Virus record (IMG/VR): IMGVR_UViG_3300046777_001387
Span: 1-64,000 of that record
DNA: 64,000 nucleotides
Direction: 5' to 3' (one strand)
DNA from: a virus
Numbering within the stretch: the first letter of the stretch is position 1; every line of letters starts with the position of its first letter. The notes below the pieces were generated by a model. It made no database searches and was not told where the DNA came from. It was given only the letters and a program-made list of their open reading frames with translations. The translations under genes were made by a program, and so were the position numbers. This document shows, one piece after another, positions 36,773-46,122 of this stretch.

Positions 36773-39268
36773 ATGGCAAGTACAACAAATATTTCGCAAG
36801 TAGTTACCGCCAATACTTTTGGTCAGTGGAGAATCCAAACCAATCTTTTGGTTAATGATCTCAACGAGGTAACTCGCGGTGAGTTTGTGAAGCCTACTGG
36901 TAACACAACATTTACTGTCGGAAGTCTAACTCTTGCAAACGCGACAGGAACCATGCTTACGGTTACTGCGGACGCTCGTATTTCTGGCAAGCTAAGTCTT
37001 AGAAACTACGAGCAGGACGGCGGTAACTCGTATTTGTATTCTCAGAGTCCAGATATTCAGTTCCAGAATGCTAACGTTATCTTTCAGGTTGCTGGAAATA
37101 CTAGAACCAGATTCCTGTACAATAATACTTTCTCAAGCCTAGCCAACGTCAATGCCAATGGTTATATTGAGACCACTGGCACGTTTGCAAACAATGGCTT
37201 GATTATGAACGTCGCCAACGTACTTACGGTGCAAACTGCATCGGGTCAGGCGAACGTTAATGTTTCCACCAACGTAACTGTTTCAAGAAACACCACGACG
37301 GGTAATCTGAGAGTTATTGATAGAGCCGATATTTCTTTGGCAAATATCGGCACTGCCTACGTCGACACTCTGTACGTTACTCAGCCGATTATTGCTCCTT
37401 CGGAAAGCGACACGAACCAGTATCGCCTGCGTGCTACATCGAATGATCGCGGCGACGGTTTCTTTGGTGTGAGACTGGGAACCTCGGCGAATGGTAATGC
37501 TTGGATCAGATTCGACACTACTTCAGGCAACGTTTGGAGAGCAACTTCAAACAGCACCGAAGGAACTTATTACACGCTGCTGACTATGCAGAATGTGATA
37601 ACTTCCACTGCATGCACTAGCACTTCTGATGTGGCTTCAGCTGCTTCTGTTAAGCAGGTGTATGACCTAGCGATCGCTGCCGCAGGATCTAACGACGCTG
37701 CAAATACTGCCGCAAATACCGCAAGAGTTTCTGCTAACGGTGGAAGCTCTTTGGCAGCGCGCCAGCTAAACTTCGTCAATACTTCTACTGTATCGGTTAC
37801 TGTAACTTCAGGCGCTGGTGCTGCTGCTGGTAATGCCAATATTGCTCTGAGTGTTATCGGTGCTATTGGTGCCCAAGGCGCGCAGGGCGCTCAGGGTGCC
37901 CAAGGCGCTACCGGTGCAGGAACTCAAGGTGCTCCCGGACCACAAGGTGCTGTTGGATTGCAAGGTCCACAAGGCGCTCTCGGACCGGGAACTCAAGGCG
38001 CTCCCGGACCACAAGGTGCTCAGGGCGCGCAGGGTGCTCGCGGCGGTGTGCCTTATGCATTCTCCAACTCAACCACCGATAGCGATCCTGGTAACGGAAC
38101 AATTCGTTACAACAACAGCACAATTGGTTCTGTTTCTCAGTTGTTCATTGACTCTCTGGACAGAACAGGCGTAACTCAGACTGCATGGTTTAATTCTTGG
38201 GACGATAGTACGAACTCTGTAAAGGGATTTGTTACTATTAGAAGTGCCGTAGATTCTGGCGTAGTTACAAATGTGTTCAAGATCACTGGCGCTGTTACTG
38301 CAGCAACTGGTTACCATAAGATTCCTGTGACCTATGTCAGCGGCAGTATCCCATCCAACGGATCTGAGTTGGTTATGGAGTTTTCTCCAGCCGGTGATAT
38401 TGGTCCCGGAACTCAAGGCGCTCCCGGACCACAAGGTGCTCAAGGTGCTCAAGGCGCACAAGGCGCAGTTGGTCCCGGAACTCAAGGTGCTCCCGGACCT
38501 CAAGGTGCTGTTGGATCGCAAGGTCCACAAGGCGCTCTTGGAATAGGAGCGCAGGGTGCTGTGGGTGCCCAAGGAGCAGTTGGACAGGTTGGCGCGCAAG
38601 GTACACAAGGGGCTCGCGGCGCACAAGGTGAAAGAGGTGTTCAGGGTGCACAAGGAGCGCCAGGAACTCAAGGTGTACAAGGAGCAACTGGATTTGGTGC
38701 CCAAGGATACCAAGGCGTGCAAGGTGCTGTTGGTCAAACTGGTCCACAAGGTCAAATCGGTCAAACTGGTCCGCAAGGCGTGCAAGGTGCTGTTGGTCAA
38801 ACTGGTCCACAAGGTCCACAAGGACAAACAGGAGCCTCTGGTCCAAGCACTGCAATTAATGCAACTCTAGTTTCCTCTGGAACTTATTACCTTGTTGGCG
38901 TTGGTGGATCTGGTACTAACCACACCCCAGCTGTCCAAGGAAGCATAACCTATAACGGTTCGAACGCCACGATTTATGCATATGACTTCGCTGCAACTTC
39001 GGATGCCACGCTGAAGAACGTTATTGGTTCGATTGAAGATCCTCTGTCCAAACTACACGGCATTAATGGCGTTCGATTCTATTGGAAGTCTGACGTTGAG
39101 CAGATTAAGATGGAAGTCGGTCTGTTGGCGCAAGAAGTCGAAGCAGTTCTACCAAGTGCAGTTGTCCATAATAATGGAAACATGTACGTTCTCTACGATA
39201 AGATTGTTCCGTTGCTAGTTGAAGCAATTAAAGAACTCGAAGCCAGAGTTAAGAAGTTAGAGGGGTAA
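36773..39268 (+). CDS. Tail fibre with collagen-like segments and a C-terminal peptidase S74 chaperone
   Basis: NTF.QWR..TN N-terminus; GXQ repeats; SDATLKNVI...GLLAQEVEAVLP...YDKIVPLLVEAIKEL. Confidence 0.85.
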   Translation: MASTTNISQVVTANTFGQWRIQTNLLVNDLNEVTRGEFVKPTGNTTFTVGSLTLANATGTMLTVTADARISGKLSLRNYEQDGGNSYLYSQSPDIQFQNANVIFQVAGNTRTRFLYNNTFSSLANVNANGYIETTGTFANNGLIMNVANVLTVQTASGQANVNVSTNVTVSRNTTTGNLRVIDRADISLANIGTAYVDTLYVTQPIIAPSESDTNQYRLRATSNDRGDGFFGVRLGTSANGNAWIRFDTTSGNVWRATSNSTEGTYYTLLTMQNVITSTACTSTSDVASAASVKQVYDLAIAAAGSNDAANTAANTARVSANGGSSLAARQLNFVNTSTVSVTVTSGAGAAAGNANIALSVIGAIGAQGAQGAQGAQGATGAGTQGAPGPQGAVGLQGPQGALGPGTQGAPGPQGAQGAQGARGGVPYAFSNSTTDSDPGNGTIRYNNSTIGSVSQLFIDSLDRTGVTQTAWFNSWDDSTNSVKGFVTIRSAVDSGVVTNVFKITGAVTAATGYHKIPVTYVSGSIPSNGSELVMEFSPAGDIGPGTQGAPGPQGAQGAQGAQGAVGPGTQGAPGPQGAVGSQGPQGALGIGAQGAVGAQGAVGQVGAQGTQGARGAQGERGVQGAQGAPGTQGVQGATGFGAQGYQGVQGAVGQTGPQGQIGQTGPQGVQGAVGQTGPQGPQGQTGASGPSTAINATLVSSGTYYLVGVGGSGTNHTPAVQGSITYNGSNATIYAYDFAATSDATLKNVIGSIEDPLSKLHGINGVRFYWKSDVEQIKMEVGLLAQEVEAVLPSAVVHNNGNMYVLYDKIVPLLVEAIKELEARVKKLEG

Positions 39269-39271
39269 CTA

Positions 39272-39889
39272 ATGCCATTGCAAGGTAGCGCAAGTACTGG
39301 CGATCCTCTAACTCTTAGAGAAATCGCCGGAGAATTTGGAAACGATGGCGGGATCAGTCTTCGAGATTATTATCGAGGAGGTCCACTTGTTTCCAGTGGC
39401 TCATCCTCAAGTATATCTACAAATCCTTCTTCTTTAACCATTCTACAGTTTTTAGGTGCTTCTGCTGTAAGTATTAACTTCAATAACTATACTATATCTT
39501 CAGTTTCTGAGGTTTCTGGAAGTGCTACTGCAGCGTATGAAATTCATACTAATGGTAATGCATATCAAACGCTACAATACGACAGTGTAAATAGTACGAC
39601 ATTGCTGCAGAGTGGAGCAATTGTTCCAGGTTCTGCCACGACGTCATATGAAGTTTACGTTATTCCGTCTACTACTGCTCTGTCGACATATGGAACCTTG
39701 TATAGCTGGTTACCATTAACAAGTAATCGTGGATGGGGATTAACATACACTGATCCAACCTTTGGTGCTAGCGGTGGAAATGCGACCATAGTTCTAGATT
39801 TCCAACTCAGAGCAACTGGCGGATCAACAATTATCGACAACTGGCAAATTACTCTACAAGCAGCCGTTATTCCGTATCAAGGTTTTTAA
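39272..39889 (+). CDS. Fibre-associated (adhesin-like) protein
   Basis: MPLQ...LTLREIAGEFG...ISLRDYYRGG N-terminus, typical of genes after S74 fibres. Confidence 0.55.
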   Translation: MPLQGSASTGDPLTLREIAGEFGNDGGISLRDYYRGGPLVSSGSSSSISTNPSSLTILQFLGASAVSINFNNYTISSVSEVSGSATAAYEIHTNGNAYQTLQYDSVNSTTLLQSGAIVPGSATTSYEVYVIPSTTALSTYGTLYSWLPLTSNRGWGLTYTDPTFGASGGNATIVLDFQLRATGGSTIIDNWQITLQAAVIPYQGF

Positions 39890-39901
39890 TAGAGAAGTAA
39901 T

Positions 39902-40234
39902 ATGGCATACGCAGAACTAACAATCGATCAAGGAACAACCTTTGAAACTTCCATTGATCTGACCAACGATGACGGAACCAGCGTTAATGTTGCGGGTTAT
40001 GTCTTCAGCGCACAGGTTAGAAAATCATATTATTCTGTGAATCCTACTGCGAATATTACAGTTACTATCACTAATCCTGCTAGCGGCAATGTTAAGCTTT
40101 CGATTGATGCAGCCAATACGGCAAATATTAGGGCTGGAAGATACCTGTACGACGTAAAGATGACCAACACCACCGGTGTTACCACTAGAGTCATTGAGGG
40201 GATTATCACAGTAACTCCTCAGGTATCTAGATGA
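39902..40234 (+). CDS. Conserved T4-like structural protein
   Basis: ELTIDQGTTF; AQVRKSY.S; GRYLYDV; RVIEGIITVTP. Confidence 0.75.
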   Translation: MAYAELTIDQGTTFETSIDLTNDDGTSVNVAGYVFSAQVRKSYYSVNPTANITVTITNPASGNVKLSIDAANTANIRAGRYLYDVKMTNTTGVTTRVIEGIITVTPQVSR

Positions 40235-41994
40235 AGATCGAGATTAAGAACCAAAATTCAGTTGGTTCTGTAAACGTCAATAACACTCCTGAAGTCGGCA
40301 AGGTCTCGATTAAGACCGGTGCTCCCGGACCCGCAGGCTCACAAGGTTCACAGGGCTTCCAAGGTACGCAAGGCTCTCAGGGTATTCAAGGCGCTCAAGG
40401 CGTCCAAGGCGCGCAGGGTGTCCAAGGTGCTCAAGGTGCACAAGGTGCACAAGGTTCGCAGGGACAGCAAGGTGCACAAGGCTTTCAAGGCGTTCAAGGC
40501 GCACAGGGTGTCCAAGGTGCTCAAGGTGCACAAGGTGCGCAAGGTGTACAAGGAGCTCAAGGCGTCCAAGGCGCGCAGGGTTCGCAAGGATTCCAAGGCG
40601 TTCAAGGAGCACAGGGAGTCCAAGGTGCGCAGGGAGTTCAAGGAGCTCAAGGTGCGCAAGGCGTTCAGGGTGCGCAGGGAGTTCAAGGAGCTCAAGGCGT
40701 TCAAGGTGCTACAGGAATTCAGGGCGCTCAAGGTGCACAGGGAGCACAAGGCGCTCAGGGTGTTCAAGGTGCTCAGGGATCACAGGGTTATCAAGGCGCT
40801 CTCAATAGATGGAAAGTCTTAACTGCAAACTATACGGCAGTAGACGGTGACCGTCTAATTGCAGACACTAGCTCTGGCACGTTTACTGTAACTCTACCAG
40901 CCTCTCCTACTTCTGGTGATTATGTACAGATCTCAGACGGTAATGATTGGAGAACAAATAACCTTCTAGTCAATCCGAATGGATCAACTATTGAGGGTGT
41001 TTCGGATACACTGGCGCTCAATATCAAGGGTGTTACTGTAGAGTGTATCTACGACGGCACGACTTGGGAAGTTACAGCAACTACTGGTGCTCGTGGTGCG
41101 CAGGGTGCAATTGGCGCTCAAGGTGCCCAAGGATTCCAAGGTGTTCAGGGTACTGCCGGTGTTCTGGGTGGAGAAGGTCCGCAAGGTGCACAAGGTGTGC
41201 AGGGCGCCCAAGGATTCCAAGGCGTTCAAGGTACTGCAGGCGCGCAGGGTTCTCAGGGATATCAAGGTTCTCTAGAACGCTGGAAAGTTATAACTTCAAC
41301 ATATACTGCTTCTGATGGTGAAAGAATTCTTGCTGACACATCAGCAGGAAGCTTTACTCTAACTCTGCCAGCTGCTCCCACTGTTGGAACTTATGTGCAG
41401 ATTAGTGATGGCGGCGACTGGTCAATCAACAACCTGACTGTAGGAAGAAACGGATCTTTAATTGAAGGTGTTGCTGATGATGTTCTTCTAGACTTTAAAA
41501 ACGTCACAGTAGAGTTTATCTACGACGGCACGACTTGGGAAATTACTGCGACCACCGGAGCCAAAGGTTCTCAAGGATTCCAAGGCGTGCAGGGTGCAGT
41601 AGGTGCACAGGGCGCACAAGGCTCTCAAGGTCCACAAGGCGCTCAGGGCGCGCAAGGAATAATTGGCGCACAAGGCTCTCAAGGATTCCAAGGCGTACAG
41701 GGTTCTGTCGGAAACCTGATTGAGAACCTATCAGTGGTGCAAACTGCCACTGATTATACCATGACTATCAATGATGATCTGGTTATTGGGACCAGCACCA
41801 GCGAGATTTTTATTACTCTTCCAGACGTTGCAGCCAGAAACAAAGCCTATTATTTTCAAAATTTCGGCACTGGCTTCATGACTATTCAAACAGTTTCATC
41901 TCAGCTTATAAATAGTGATACCAAGCTAACATTACAGTTCAAGAATAGTTCTGTGAAGCTTATTTCGATAGGAACTAAGTTCCTTATCTTCTAG
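40231..41994 (+). CDS. Collagen-like fibre with gp34-type beta repeats
   Basis: GXQ runs alternate with YTA..GDR..ADTS.G.FT.TLP..P..G..V.I.D modules. Confidence 0.8.
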   Translation: MKIEIKNQNSVGSVNVNNTPEVGKVSIKTGAPGPAGSQGSQGFQGTQGSQGIQGAQGVQGAQGVQGAQGAQGAQGSQGQQGAQGFQGVQGAQGVQGAQGAQGAQGVQGAQGVQGAQGSQGFQGVQGAQGVQGAQGVQGAQGAQGVQGAQGVQGAQGVQGATGIQGAQGAQGAQGAQGVQGAQGSQGYQGALNRWKVLTANYTAVDGDRLIADTSSGTFTVTLPASPTSGDYVQISDGNDWRTNNLLVNPNGSTIEGVSDTLALNIKGVTVECIYDGTTWEVTATTGARGAQGAIGAQGAQGFQGVQGTAGVLGGEGPQGAQGVQGAQGFQGVQGTAGAQGSQGYQGSLERWKVITSTYTASDGERILADTSAGSFTLTLPAAPTVGTYVQISDGGDWSINNLTVGRNGSLIEGVADDVLLDFKNVTVEFIYDGTTWEITATTGAKGSQGFQGVQGAVGAQGAQGSQGPQGAQGAQGIIGAQGSQGFQGVQGSVGNLIENLSVVQTATDYTMTINDDLVIGTSTSEIFITLPDVAARNKAYYFQNFGTGFMTIQTVSSQLINSDTKLTLQFKNSSVKLISIGTKFLIF

Positions 41995-42002
41995 AGGTTT
42001 AA

Positions 42003-42353
42003 ATGTATCTGGAACAGACAAAACTAACCGATTCCACCGGCGCAGTAATTAATCCGGCTACAACTGACGTAAGCGATCAGATTATTCTGCTTCGTAGAAT
42101 TATTAAATTGCTCGAGGCGCAGTCGGCTGTCGATCCTCAGCAACGCCAGAGAGTTACGCTTGACGCTATTTCAGCTTCACTAACTCTTGGTGCTGTCACG
42201 ACAGTCGGTACTGTCACAACTGTCACAACTGTTACGACAGTTTCTTCAGTAACCAACATCGCAGCACTAAATGGTTGGAACCAGCAGATGTTTGCTGATC
42301 CAGCCAGAAACGCATACAACACTGGCATCAGAGCGCAGTTAACATTCTCTTAA
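42003..42353 (+). CDS. Hypothetical protein with (VTT)n repeat
   Basis: GAGG SD; TATAAATA at 41907-41914. Confidence 0.65.
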   Translation: MYLEQTKLTDSTGAVINPATTDVSDQIILLRRIIKLLEAQSAVDPQQRQRVTLDAISASLTLGAVTTVGTVTTVTTVTTVSSVTNIAALNGWNQQMFADPARNAYNTGIRAQLTFS

Positions 42354-42368
42354 TCGGAGTTTATATCA

Positions 42369-45300
42369 ATGTCACTATCGGCAAATAAGCTAATCAAACA
42401 AGTCGATCTACCAGTATGGGAGTGGACGCGCCCTCTTCCTGTTGCTCCGACAGCAGGTTTATCTTCTTCTTGCGTAGCTGATGCACCAGACTTTAATCCG
42501 ATCTCTGGTCGTTACATCTATATGCTTCTGAACGCTACCAACTTCTGGCGTTATGACACGGTTTCAGACACATACATGCAGATGGCTTCTCCCGGCATTA
42601 CGCCACTGTCTGCTACGAATATGCGTTTTGCCGGCGCTGCTGGGTATTATGGTCGCACGATTGCAGCAACATCGACTACGATGGACACTGGTCTTCCGTT
42701 CGGAAAACAGGCTATTGGATACAGAATTCGTATTATCTCGGGCAAGGGTGCAGGTCAGGAGCGCATTATCACTAATGTGAGCGACCCTATTGTTGCTGAT
42801 TTTGGCGGCGCAACTTCTACTACGACATTCAGCTTGACTGATACCAATAAAAACTGGGGTGTAGTTGGAGCTACAAACAACGTTAATAACTGGATCGGTT
42901 ATGTTATCAGAGTTATTGGCGGTACAGGCTTCACACAGGTTCGTAAGATTCTCCATAACAGTGCTACAGTAATTTCGGTGGCTGATACTAACATCTATTC
43001 GCACGATACTTGGTCGTTACCAATGTCGCCAACAGCAGGTACTCCAGGATGGACCTCTCCTGGTACTGGCGCGATTTACAATATTGAATACTCAACGATC
43101 ACTGTAGATACTGCTTGGGACGTAACACCTGATAACACCTCTAGATACGTTATTCAGTCAGGTGGTATTTGGTTGGCTTCTGGCGCAACTGTTGGTAACG
43201 GTACTGTGACTCTGCAGTACTACAGCGTTCTAGAGGATATTTGGTACGCCAAGACATCTGTTAACAACATTATCCCAACTAACTTGACTGATCTGTGTAT
43301 TGAGAGATTAACAGAAAACTCTACTCTCTGGTACACCGGATTAGCAACATCCGGAAGTACAACTACTCTAGTTGACGCTAACGCCAGCTGGACTGCAAAT
43401 CAGTGGAGTGGTTATGAGACCACTATTTGGTCGGGAACTGGAAGAGGTCAAATAGCTGTAGTTGCCAATAATACAGGCAACACACTAACATTCACCACTA
43501 CACTAGATACTGCTCTAGACGCAACCAGTAGATATAACATTACTGGTTATGATGGTGGAATCTTCACATCCACTGCTGGTAGAATTGTATCAGATTCTTC
43601 AAAGAACTGGGCAGTGAACCGTTGGACAAACTATGCTGTGCGAATTGTCTCCGGCACCGGCGTCGGACAAACTAGACAAATCCTTTCCAATGGATCCGAC
43701 AGCCTAGTTGTTTACGACTGCTGGAATGTTCAGCCAGATAACACTTCCAAGTACATTATCCAAAGCAACTCACAGGATATGTTCTTGGCTATCGGTGGTG
43801 GACAGCATACATATATGTATCGTGTCGGTGACACGGATATGCTCAGCCCAGCTAGAATCCTCGATGAGGGTATCAATGCTATAGCTTGTGCGATGCTGAC
43901 TGATGGCACAAGTACCGCAACTCATGAAATCTATGAGCAAAAGCCTATTGCTATCAGTGCAATCTCTGGCACTACAACTATCACAGCTACTACTGTACAC
44001 CCCCATCAGCTAAAGGTTGGGCAGTGGGTTTCTATTCGTGGCGTCACTTCGGCAGCGGCTGACGTATACAACGTAACTGGTAAGGTTCAGATCACTTCTG
44101 TTCCTTCGCTGACAACGTTCACATATACTCCATTTGCTGCTGGTACTGGCACATATCAATATTCCAACAATATTGCGCTTGGTACAACTACTCTTATTGA
44201 TGCTGCCAAGTATTTCGCTGATCTGGCTACTGGCGGTTCTACGACTACTGTAACGTTCAGCAGAGCAACTCCGTCGAATATCAACGGATGGTATGTGTAC
44301 GGTACCAATATTGCTGATGGTGCACAGATTGTAAGTGGTGCTGGAACAACAACTCTGACGCTAAACTTGACCGGTGCAGGCACTCCTTCGGGAACTATTA
44401 TCATCACTAAATGGCCAAGACCTGTGACAGCAACTTATGCTTCTGGTGGTGGTGCTGGTGTGTTCTCGGTTACACTTTCTGCGCCAATTCCAACCTATGT
44501 TAAAGGATGGTTGGCTACAGGAACTAACATCGGTCTGAGTGCAACAGTTACTGGCGGCGAAGGCACTGCCACTCCGTTATTCTCAATTCAGTGCTCGGGC
44601 ACTCCTTCTGGAACAATTACCTTTAGCTGCCCAACAAATAACTTGTTGCCAGTTACAGCGACATATAGCTCCGGATCGGGAACTTCGATTACTCTGAGCG
44701 GTAATGTGCCAAGCTATATTCGTGGTTGGCTAGTTTGCTGCTCGAACATTGCTAACGGAACTACTGTTACTGGTGGAGAGGGTACTTCTACAGTCACGCT
44801 ATCAACGCCAACAGCAGGAACTCCTTCTGGTACGGTAATATTCTATCCACCACCAATAGCGCCTGTTTTGCATTATGGAACAACTGGTATTCCAGCTTTA
44901 TCTGCTACAGGCATGGTTTCTACGGGTCAAGTTTTCCAAATGGTTGCTCAGAATGCAACTAATCCGACCATCATGACTTCTATTACAGCGTCAACAACCC
45001 CAACTGCTGGCGTCTCGAAGTATGTGCTCACCAGAAGATATGCGTTTGGACACGCATATGAAGGGCATAATATCAATTATCTTGATGGAATTGCGTTTGG
45101 TACACAGTCGACAACGACTCTAGTTGATACAAATGCTTTCTGGGCAACTGCTACAGGGTCTGGTGGATCTGCTGGTGCAACATCGTTCACTCTGTCTGCT
45201 CCAGGATCACCAATCCATAATGGATGGTACGTTTCAGGAACAGGTATCCCACTAGGCGCAAGAGTGGTGAGTGGTGCTGGCACCACTTCGATCACCATTG

Positions 45301-45932
45301 ACTTGCCGTTAACTGGTGTTGTTTCTGGTACGATTACGTTTACTGCTTGGTCTCAGTCTCTAGTTAACAGACGTCTTCGTATTTTCTCTGGAACTGGCTT
45401 CAACCAAGATCTGGTCATTACTGGCGTAACACCTGCAACAGGAACTATTACGTTTGGTGCGGCAACTGCTCCGGGTTCTGGTGTTTCTACCTACAGTATT
45501 CTACCGTTTGGTGCAACGTCAACTGGTCTTTCTCTGCAGTGGGTGTCGGACTCATCAACTATGACGAACAAGGGAAGATACCTGTTCAGATTCTACGGTG
45601 GTGGTAATACTCTAATTGATAGATACGATATCACTACCGATAGAGTCATGCAGGTAAGAACAACCCCATCAACGGAAACCTTGAGCTCTGGTTCGATGTA
45701 TGCATACGACCAGCTAGACAGAATCTATTTCACCAAGGACGTCACGAACCGCATCTACTATCTAGATGTAAATACTATGACATTGTATGGTTCTGGTATG
45801 TTCCCATACGTTGCTGGTACTGCAGGTATCGGTAATATGATGGAAATTTTCAAGACTGCTGATGGATTGAAGTATCTGTGGGTCAATCGTAAGGCTCAGG
45901 TTGAAACGTTCAGACAGCTGCTGTTCTATTAA
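42369..45932 (+). CDS. Large repeat-containing structural protein
   Basis: Two internal repeat families plus propeller-like blades; T/G/S-rich. Confidence 0.7.
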   Translation: MSLSANKLIKQVDLPVWEWTRPLPVAPTAGLSSSCVADAPDFNPISGRYIYMLLNATNFWRYDTVSDTYMQMASPGITPLSATNMRFAGAAGYYGRTIAATSTTMDTGLPFGKQAIGYRIRIISGKGAGQERIITNVSDPIVADFGGATSTTTFSLTDTNKNWGVVGATNNVNNWIGYVIRVIGGTGFTQVRKILHNSATVISVADTNIYSHDTWSLPMSPTAGTPGWTSPGTGAIYNIEYSTITVDTAWDVTPDNTSRYVIQSGGIWLASGATVGNGTVTLQYYSVLEDIWYAKTSVNNIIPTNLTDLCIERLTENSTLWYTGLATSGSTTTLVDANASWTANQWSGYETTIWSGTGRGQIAVVANNTGNTLTFTTTLDTALDATSRYNITGYDGGIFTSTAGRIVSDSSKNWAVNRWTNYAVRIVSGTGVGQTRQILSNGSDSLVVYDCWNVQPDNTSKYIIQSNSQDMFLAIGGGQHTYMYRVGDTDMLSPARILDEGINAIACAMLTDGTSTATHEIYEQKPIAISAISGTTTITATTVHPHQLKVGQWVSIRGVTSAAADVYNVTGKVQITSVPSLTTFTYTPFAAGTGTYQYSNNIALGTTTLIDAAKYFADLATGGSTTTVTFSRATPSNINGWYVYGTNIADGAQIVSGAGTTTLTLNLTGAGTPSGTIIITKWPRPVTATYASGGGAGVFSVTLSAPIPTYVKGWLATGTNIGLSATVTGGEGTATPLFSIQCSGTPSGTITFSCPTNNLLPVTATYSSGSGTSITLSGNVPSYIRGWLVCCSNIANGTTVTGGEGTSTVTLSTPTAGTPSGTVIFYPPPIAPVLHYGTTGIPALSATGMVSTGQVFQMVAQNATNPTIMTSITASTTPTAGVSKYVLTRRYAFGHAYEGHNINYLDGIAFGTQSTTTLVDTNAFWATATGSGGSAGATSFTLSAPGSPIHNGWYVSGTGIPLGARVVSGAGTTSITIDLPLTGVVSGTITFTAWSQSLVNRRLRIFSGTGFNQDLVITGVTPATGTITFGAATAPGSGVSTYSILPFGATSTGLSLQWVSDSSTMTNKGRYLFRFYGGGNTLIDRYDITTDRVMQVRTTPSTETLSSGSMYAYDQLDRIYFTKDVTNRIYYLDVNTMTLYGSGMFPYVAGTAGIGNMMEIFKTADGLKYLWVNRKAQVETFRQLLFY

Positions 45933-45943
45933 GGAGTTATGAG

Positions 45944-46120
45944 ATGACGCTCAATGAGATTCTAGTTATTCTTCAAAATAGAATGGTTGCTCTGACCGAA
46001 GCCAGAAAGGGTGCTGTGGCATCCGGAGACCTTGAGAGTGTCGTTCGTATTGACGGCGACATTCTCACCACTCTAACAAGCATCGAAAGAATCGCAACTA
46101 CCATTAACGAAACCCAGTAA
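45944..46120 (+). CDS. 58-aa helical protein (not in the ORF track)
   Basis: AAGGAG SD; MTLNEILVILQNRMVALTEARKGAV...INETQ. Confidence 0.7.
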   Translation: MTLNEILVILQNRMVALTEARKGAVASGDLESVVRIDGDILTTLTSIERIATTINETQ

Positions 46121-46122
46121 TT

